Positions 57,232 to 64,000 of a stretch of 64,000 nt of DNA are shown one piece after another. Within the stretch, counting starts at the first letter, position 1. Every line of letters starts with the position of its first letter. Source of the DNA: Alphaproteobacteria bacterium (GTDB taxonomy: Bacteria; Pseudomonadota; Alphaproteobacteria; UBA828); the NCBI GenBank assembly GCA_965237415.1, contig CBDEFM010000002.1:1536001-1600000 (forward strand). Reading direction: 5' to 3'. Made by a program: the position numbers and the translations under genes. The notes below the pieces were generated by a model that ran no database searches, was not told where the DNA came from, and saw only the letters and a program-made list of their open reading frames with translations.

Positions 57232-57662
57232 AATCTGCGGGATCGGATAAGCTCATCACGGGCTGACGGAACATTTACATGCGGCTTTGCCCTCATGGGC
57301 GCAGATTGCGGGTCTGGCGCCGCCATTCGCAGTCAGCACTTATAGTCCCATTGTTTGCCAATCGTTTGCCGGACCGGCTCAACGGCCCGGTTCCACACAA
57401 CGGATACAGCCTGTAAATGTCAATATCTTCAGTGCTATAGTTCTGATCTTCCGATCAGGCCTTGCCCCACTGCACCGCTGTTTGTGGGTCTGAAGGTCTG
57501 TCGCTGAGCAGGGACGCTGCATCCACATGCCCGCAAGCCCGACATCGCCGACAGTACCAACAGCCCAAGAATATACCGGCGGCGTAGTCTACAACCGGAT
57601 ACACCTCAACCGGACCGCCCGATTGTGGGAAAAGTGGAACCAGCTCAGCCGCCGATCCCTCC

Positions 57663-59156
57663 TCAGCATTCCATTGCGCGACCCTGGCTGCCCAGCGCCT
57701 TGCGCAGTGCCACCAAGGCCAGCGTATCTCGAGCGCAATAGGCGCGTAGGTCGTCGAAGGCGCGCCTACGATCTTCCGGGTCGGCGCTTACTAGCGCCGA
57801 GCCGTAGCGTACCGCCGCTGTCTGTCCATCGGAGATCGCCAAGTCGCCGTAACTCATCCCGGGTTTCAGTACCGGGAGGACATTCTTGATCGAGAACGAG
57901 CCCCGGAACTCTGGATGATAATAGCCGTTGCGCACAACCGGGAGCAGATCGAACAGCCGCGCCTCGATTGAACGAAGTTCCCCGGCCCGGTCCGGCAACG
58001 CTTCGCCGAGCTCGCGAAGCACCCGCCTTTCGTATCCCGAATAGGTGCAGACCGTCCCTTTGCTTCCCATCGCCTCGATCAAACAATCCGCGAGCTTCGG
58101 ACGCGGATCGTCGTCGCCTTCGTGCAGATAGTCGACGTGCAGTGGCGGGACGCCGCTGCGCTCGGTATGGACCGAAAAGAGGAACGGGACCGCGTCGAAG
58201 GGGCGCGTGCCGGCGAAACGCGGGATGGCGGGTGCGAAGGTCTCGAAATCGAGATGGCGCACCGGCGACGTAATACCGGCAAATGCTCCGGCAATGTCGC
58301 CGTGCATCGCCGGGCGACCTTCGCGAATTGTCCGACGGACGATGCTCTGCAGTCCGGTTAGCGGAAAATCCGCGGGAATGTCGCGAATCTCCTCGATTCC
58401 GGCGGCTTCCAGCTGCGCACGGCGTCCCGAAGCGAGGCGAGGAAGTTCGTCAATGCCGTGATCTGGAAGGACCGCTTCCCGGGTGCAGTGCGCGTAATAC
58501 GGGCAATCATAGGGTGCGAAGCAATGGCCGCCCGGCGCGATGTCCGGCGTGGCAGTCTCGGACAGCATCACTTGCATTTCCGATACCTGCGTTGCCATGG
58601 ACTCGAGAAGCGCGCTCGCCTCGTCGAAGACCGGATGAAGCCTGAACAGCGCGTCGAGTTCGAGCGTCACGCCATCGTAGACGTAGTCCCGGTTCAGGGT
58701 GAGCACCCCGGCTTCGCGCACGTCCAGTCCGGCGCCGCGCAGCACCCATAGCTGGATGGCCGCGTCCAGCACGAAGATGTCTTTCAGCCGGGTGGACGAC
58801 TTCACCTCGACAAGACGCCAGCCGCCTTCGGGAAGCCGTTCGATCACGTCGGGGCGGACTAGCACGCCTTCGTGCTCGAAAGCGGCTTCGAAGACCGCTG
58901 GCGCGGAGCCCGCCCCGATGACGCTGCACGTTTCTTCGAGCGCCTCCCGGATATGGTGGTGATCGTGGGCAACGACATGGCCACCGAGGTAAAGCCTGCA
59001 TGCCGTCTCGCCGACCTCATGCCCGGTATCGAATACCGCCTGCAGGACATCGTCGGGCTCGGACCCGAGATCGGGCCGATGGGTGTCGTACCAGAGCCGC
59101 AGATGGCACTGCGTCCCGGAGATATAGCGCGACTTGGAGAGGCGGGGATTGCTCAT
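57663..59156 (-). CDS. DUF2779 protein: Cas4/RecB-like nuclease plus RNase H-like exonuclease domain
   Basis: LSKSRY..G.QC, RPDVI..LVEVKSST, HC..PYDCPYYAHC, HLDFET, FSIKNVLP, AYCARDT. Confidence 0.78.
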   Translation of the reverse strand: MSNPRLSKSRYISGTQCHLRLWYDTHRPDLGSEPDDVLQAVFDTGHEVGETACRLYLGGHVVAHDHHHIREALEETCSVIGAGSAPAVFEAAFEHEGVLVRPDVIERLPEGGWRLVEVKSSTRLKDIFVLDAAIQLWVLRGAGLDVREAGVLTLNRDYVYDGVTLELDALFRLHPVFDEASALLESMATQVSEMQVMLSETATPDIAPGGHCFAPYDCPYYAHCTREAVLPDHGIDELPRLASGRRAQLEAAGIEEIRDIPADFPLTGLQSIVRRTIREGRPAMHGDIAGAFAGITSPVRHLDFETFAPAIPRFAGTRPFDAVPFLFSVHTERSGVPPLHVDYLHEGDDDPRPKLADCLIEAMGSKGTVCTYSGYERRVLRELGEALPDRAGELRSIEARLFDLLPVVRNGYYHPEFRGSFSIKNVLPVLKPGMSYGDLAISDGQTAAVRYGSALVSADPEDRRRAFDDLRAYCARDTLALVALRKALGSQGRAMEC

Positions 59157-59349
59157 CGGTTGCTCACATCGACAGCTACAGCGGTTCCGATTCTGAGTTG
59201 AGCCATTGCCGACCAACCTAGACCAGACGGGTACCGCCATGACAGACGGTGCGCTGAGCCTGCGCGCGCAATCGGAAAGAAATGTCGTACCGGTGTCTCG
59301 GAGCGTCGATCGGGGCTGCGGGCCAGAGTCCGAGGCAACCCTGGGGGAT

Positions 59350-60646
59350 CTTGCCGGACCAGTGGTACGGCGACTATCTGTCGCAGCTCGGCGCGGCACG
59401 GATCGGCGAACGCAGGCTGAAAGCGTTCGTCGCGAAGCACGGGGTGGACCGGGTGCGCTGCTTCATCGACGCCTGGTTCGACTATGCCGAGCGCCGCGCC
59501 GACCACGCCATCCGCAGGCTGCCCGAGGGCACGTTGGTCAACAGCGGGATGCACGACCCGGTGCAGCCCTTCCTGCCCGAGAGCCTGGAGATCACGGTCA
59601 AGGTCGCGATCGACCCGGCGGCGGGCCGCATCGTCGTGGACCTGCGCGACAACCCGGATTGCATCGACGCCGGCCTCAATCTCACCGAGGCTTGCGCGAC
59701 CGCCAACTGCATCCAGGGCGTGTTCGAGAATCTGGAGGCCGACATCCCGCCCAACGCCGGGAGCTTCCGCCGCCTCGAGGTCAAGCTGCGCGAGGGCTGT
59801 GTCGTCGGCATCCCGCGCTTCCCGCACTCCTGCTCGCTGGCCACCACCAACATGGCGGACGTGGTGGTGAACCTCGTGCAATCGGCCTTCACCCAGCTCG
59901 GCGACGGCCACGGGCTGGCGCAGGGCAATCTCTGCTTCTCGGCCGGCATGGGCGTGGTCTCAGGCAGGGACTGGCGCCGCGGCGGGGCCGAATACATCAA
60001 CCAGGTTTATCTGATGGGGGGCGGCGGGCCGGCGCTGCCCGAGCACGACGGCATGATCTACCTGCTGACGCCGGGCGGCTGCGGTCTGCTGCACCGGGAC
60101 AGCATCGAGTTCGACGAGCAGCGCTTCCCGATGCTCGTCCGTTCCCAGCGCCTCCTCCCCGATTCGGGCGGCGCAGGGCGCAGGCGCGGCGGGCCCGCGA
60201 CCGAGGTGATCTTCGGCCCCCGTCGCGACCCGATGACCGTGAGCATCATGGGCGGCGGCACCATCAACCCGCCCAAGGGCGTGCGCGGCGGAGGCGACGC
60301 CAACCACGCCTATCACGGCCACCTGCGAGTCGACGGCTCGGAAGATTCGGTGCCGAACGGGGTGATGCTGGCGCTCGGGCCGGGCGAGTTCGTCCGCTCG
60401 GTGGACAATGGCGGCAGCGGCTACGGCGACCCGCTCGCCCGCGAGCCCGTGCGTGTGCTGGAGGACGTGGCCGAGGGTTATGTGACCCAAGACCACGCGG
60501 CGGCAGTCTACGGAGTCGTGCTCAGCGGCGGCGCGGCGGACGGCACGCTCGCGGTCGACGAAACCGCGACCGGGACGTGCCGCACCGCCTTGGCTGCGAG
60601 CGGCGCGGTGCCGCCGCCGAGCGTTGGCCGATTCGGGGAAGGGTAG
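59350..60646 (+). pseudogene. Hydantoinase B/oxoprolinase family, 5'-truncated
   Basis: begins mid-protein at PDQWYGDYL; DSGGAGRRRGG, GGSGYGDPLAREP..VLEDVAEGYVT. Confidence 0.78.
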
Positions 60647-60769
60647 CCGCCCGGCCGTCCTCCACCGGCTCAGTTTGACTTCCCCGAACCAACCCGGCGG
60701 ACATCCGCGCCGCCGATCTTGTCGACCTCACCGGGGATTTCCCGACTGTTCGTCCCCGCGGTCGTGATG

Positions 60770-60899
60770 TTGACCCGCATTTCTCACCACGGTCGTGGTC
60801 TGCAAGGCGCCGTCCGGCCCGTAGGGAGAGAAAGACGCGCAGCGGATCGAACGCCAGGGAGGGACGCAGGCCGCGACCGTGGTGAGAAATACGGGTTAA
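60770..60899. repeat. 130-bp MITE-like element with 34-bp terminal inverted repeats
   Basis: TTGACCCGCATTTCTCACCACGGTCGTGGTCTGC versus reverse complement of 60866-60899, 30/34 identical. Confidence 0.75.
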
Positions 60900-61693
60900 G
60901 GGCGTCATTCGAGTTCTCATCATTTGTGCGCTCGATTCGCTTTCCGGAGTCAGGCGTATTGCTGCAGACGGCCGTCTGGGCCTATGCGCCCGCCGTCGAA
61001 ACAAGGAGCGCTGCAAGGATGCGGCACACGCCCGTGAGCCACGCCATAGCGACCGTGAACGTCCATATCATTGAGTAATCTCCTTATGCCAAAATCGAAT
61101 ACTTTCCGTTGCATTCAGCCATTCACGGCGCCTAAACGAGACAGACATTCCGAACTCAACCATGGGCCTCTCACCTCGCATCCGGTGCTCTTTTTGGAAA
61201 CCGAGAACACGCGTTAACCTCACTCTGTCCGACACGCAGGATCATTAGAACCCCAGTCGGAACGAAAGCACGCGAGAAAATTACAGGAGACTCACGCCAA
61301 ATCAACATACTCTGTTGGTCTAAAGGCATATCACAGATGCATGTTTGATATTCGTTAACACGCTAAAATTATGCAATTAGTGATTTCGTCCTATGCTGTA
61401 AAGTCAAAAGATGGCCGGACCAATACGAAATGAATAGGAAGCGGTTCGACCAATAGACACCTTCGAACAATTCTGATAACGCCATATCATTTCAATTATA
61501 TTTCAGTGCGACCTATTCTCGCTTCGAAGCACAAAATCTCTGAGACTCTCCTATTGCTAAAGGAGAGTGTCCCTTATGACGAAGCCGGACTGGCCGTCCA
61601 CGCGATAAGCGCGGCGCGGGGCGCGGTGGAGACGCGGCGGATACTCGACTACCATGGGGGCGGAGTGCGAGTGCTTCGGGGAGGGCCAGTGCC

Positions 61694-62869
61694 ATGCGGC
61701 GGAGCGAAGAGCGGATACTCACCACTCATGCCGGCAGTCTCGCCCGCAATCCGGCGCTCAGCGCGCTGCTGATCCGGCAGGATCACGGCAAGCCGGTCGA
61801 GGCCGCGGAACTCGACGCCGCGATTCGCGCGCGCACCGCCCATGTCGTCGCCCGCCAGCTCGAGAGCGGCATCGACATCGGCGGCGACGGCGAGCAGGCC
61901 CGCGCCGGCTATTCGACCTATCCGGCCCAGCGCATGAGCGGCTTCGGCGGCAGCTCGACCCGCAACGACCTGCTGGATTTTCAGAAGTTCCCGCTCTACG
62001 CGGAGGCCTACCGCGAGGCCTTTCGCACCAACCCGGATGAACGCTCGCGCATCGTGAACGCGCCCCAAGCGGTCGCCGAGGTGCGCTACGACTCCGCCTG
62101 CGCCGGCGTGCGCGCGGAGTGCGAGGCCTTCGAAGACGCGCTCGCCCGGCAGGAGGAGAGCTTCGCCGAGACCTTTGTGACCGCGGCCTCGCCCGGCTGC
62201 GTGCTGACCATCATGCAGAACGCCCACTACGCGTCGGACCGCGACTACCTCTTCGCGCTGGCGAAGGAACTGAAGAGGGAATACGCGTTCATCGTCGGGC
62301 GCGGCCATCTGCTCCAGATCGATGCGCCGGACCTCGCCATGGAGCGCTATCTCTACTTCCGCGACGAGTCCGACGCGGCCTTTCTCGCCAGCGTGGAAGA
62401 CCACATCGAGGCGCTCAACCTGGCGCTCGCCGATGTGTCCCCCGAGCGGGTGCGCCTGCATGTGTGCTGGGGCACCTGGGACGGCCCCCACGCCAACGAC
62501 ACGCCGCTGGGCCCCCTGCTGCCGCGCCTCTACGAAGCCAAGGTCGGCGCGCTGAACATCCCCTTCGCCAACCCCGGCCACCAGCACGAGTACGAGACGC
62601 TGCGCGAGCACCCCCTACCCGACTCGATGGTCCTGATCCCGGGCGTGATCGACAACATGACCAAGCATCTGGAGCATCCGGAGGTGGTGGCCGAGCGCAT
62701 CCAGCGCGCGGTCGACGTGGTGGGTGATCGCGAACGCGTGATCGCGGGCGTCGACTGCGGCTTTGCCGTCTTCACCGACAACGCGATGATGACCGAGGAC
62801 ATCTGCTGGGCGAAGTTCCGCGCGCTCCGCGCCGGCGCCGACCTCGCCAGCAGCCGGCTCTGGGGGTAA
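61694..62869 (+). CDS. Cobalamin-independent methionine synthase II family (single-domain MetE-like) protein
   Basis: ILTTHAGSL, GDGEQ, LQIDAPDL, Zn ligands HVCWG and DCGF, PGVID, EHPEVVAERI. Confidence 0.85.
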   Translation: MRRSEERILTTHAGSLARNPALSALLIRQDHGKPVEAAELDAAIRARTAHVVARQLESGIDIGGDGEQARAGYSTYPAQRMSGFGGSSTRNDLLDFQKFPLYAEAYREAFRTNPDERSRIVNAPQAVAEVRYDSACAGVRAECEAFEDALARQEESFAETFVTAASPGCVLTIMQNAHYASDRDYLFALAKELKREYAFIVGRGHLLQIDAPDLAMERYLYFRDESDAAFLASVEDHIEALNLALADVSPERVRLHVCWGTWDGPHANDTPLGPLLPRLYEAKVGALNIPFANPGHQHEYETLREHPLPDSMVLIPGVIDNMTKHLEHPEVVAERIQRAVDVVGDRERVIAGVDCGFAVFTDNAMMTEDICWAKFRALRAGADLASSRLWG

Positions 62870-62885
62870 CGCGCGGACCAGTCCG

Positions 62886-63821
62886 TCAAGGCGGCGGCAG
62901 CGCGGCCTTGAGCGACTCTTCGTGGCCGAGGCCAAGGATCCAGGCTTCCTCGGTCTCTACGATCCGACGTTCGGCGGGCGTGAGGTGCGGAGCGCCGGCG
63001 AAGAGCAGCGCCAGCCCGCCGCCGGCATCCAGCCGGGCGAAGGCCTCCGCGTTCACGCGCACCTGCGCACGGTCGAGAATCTCGTTCTCGCCCAGGCGCG
63101 CGCGAACCTCGCCCCTGAGAAGCGAGGGATAGACTTCGGCGATCACCGCCGGCGCGTCGGGCGCTCGCAAGCCGGTCTCGAAGGGCCAGATCGCCGCACG
63201 GCCCGCGATGCGCGGGTCCGTCACAAGGCGCTTGAGCGCGGGCAGGCCCAGCAGCATCTGCGAGCCGACGGAGCCGGCATAGGCGAGCTGCCAGACGGTC
63301 TTGGCGCCCTTCGCGTGACAGTCCGCGATGCGGCGCTCGGGCGGTTGGGATTCCTGCCGCGAGCGCGCCGAGGCACGCACGGGAATCGTCGGGTAGCTCC
63401 ACTTGGTCGGGCGGCCCCAGAACGGGCCGATGCCCGGATAGGCCGCGTTGATCGCCGCCGCGACCGCGTAACGATTGTTGTCGTTATCCGGCCCGTCCTC
63501 GATTCTTTCCGCGAGCCAGTCCCAGAGCGCGAGGGCCGATGCTTTGCCGGTCAGACGTTCGGCGACACCCACCGGATAGCCGAAGGGAAAGTCGAAGCCC
63601 ACCAGCACCCGCCGGCCAGCGCGCAGCTCGCCCGCAATAAGGCGAGCAAGGCGGTCGAGCGCCTCATGGCGGGTACGCTCGTATTCGGGCGACGCCACGA
63701 TGATCTCGCCGCCGCAAATGCGAGCAACGGCCCACCAGATCGCATCCTTTGTGGGCTTTGCGGGGCTCGGCCGAGACCTCGCCGACCAGTCGACGACGAC
63801 GTGGGTGTGGAAGAGGGGCAC
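62886..63821 (-). CDS. Uncharacterised RNase H-like fold protein (DUF429-like)
   Basis: VVVDWSA, VGFDFPFGYP, AEVYPS, EEAWILG acidic motifs. Confidence 0.6.
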   Translation of the reverse strand: MPLFHTHVVVDWSARSRPSPAKPTKDAIWWAVARICGGEIIVASPEYERTRHEALDRLARLIAGELRAGRRVLVGFDFPFGYPVGVAERLTGKASALALWDWLAERIEDGPDNDNNRYAVAAAINAAYPGIGPFWGRPTKWSYPTIPVRASARSRQESQPPERRIADCHAKGAKTVWQLAYAGSVGSQMLLGLPALKRLVTDPRIAGRAAIWPFETGLRAPDAPAVIAEVYPSLLRGEVRARLGENEILDRAQVRVNAEAFARLDAGGGLALLFAGAPHLTPAERRIVETEEAWILGLGHEESLKAALPPP

Positions 63822-64000
63822 GGCTTGACCTTCAGATCGAAATCCCGGTCAAGTGCTCGAAACCGGCGCGCCAGTGCGCGCCAAGGTGAAGAACGTATCG
63901 CCATTCGTCATTGGCATAGCCGTCGATCATGATGCAGGCGCGATCGAAAATCGGCTGCCACTCGGTGCCGGAATTTCCCTGGCCGAGCCAGCCGAGCGCG

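Larger units (their letters stand above)
55749..57278 (+). mobile_element. IS66-family element, right half
   Basis: TnpC C-terminal half, passenger gene, then CTGACGGAACATTTAC (GTAA-type end). Confidence 0.7.

Overview
GC-rich, IS-riddled accessory region, most likely from an alphaproteobacterium. The Calx-beta autotransporter, FN3 remnant and many pseudogenes suggest a host-associated lineage (inference). Intact catabolic modules: (i) a 2-aminophenol meta-cleavage cluster (semialdehyde dehydrogenase, RidA-like protein, dioxygenase beta and alpha subunits, Liv-type ABC importer). Its last permease is fused in frame to a second dioxygenase alpha subunit and an arylformamidase-like hydrolase, and flotillin and RidA genes lie divergent to it; (ii) a TRAP/cyclase/GntR/FAH module; (iii) a LacI-controlled sugar ABC transporter with a xylB-like SDR; (iv) SoxR with a soxbox facing a DMT exporter; (v) a PLP histidine decarboxylase-like gene plus an ACT protein. 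Mobile DNA includes IS1595, two IS256, IS1634, an IS621-like IS110 whose bridge-RNA guides can be read against its own donor and target sites, an IS630-derived MITE, and a nested IS21/IS110/group II intron/IS630/IS66 pile-up. The IS66 carries a DUF4338 (DruA-like) passenger. No rRNA, tRNA or CRISPR array was seen. All family calls come from motif recognition by eye; no searches were run.
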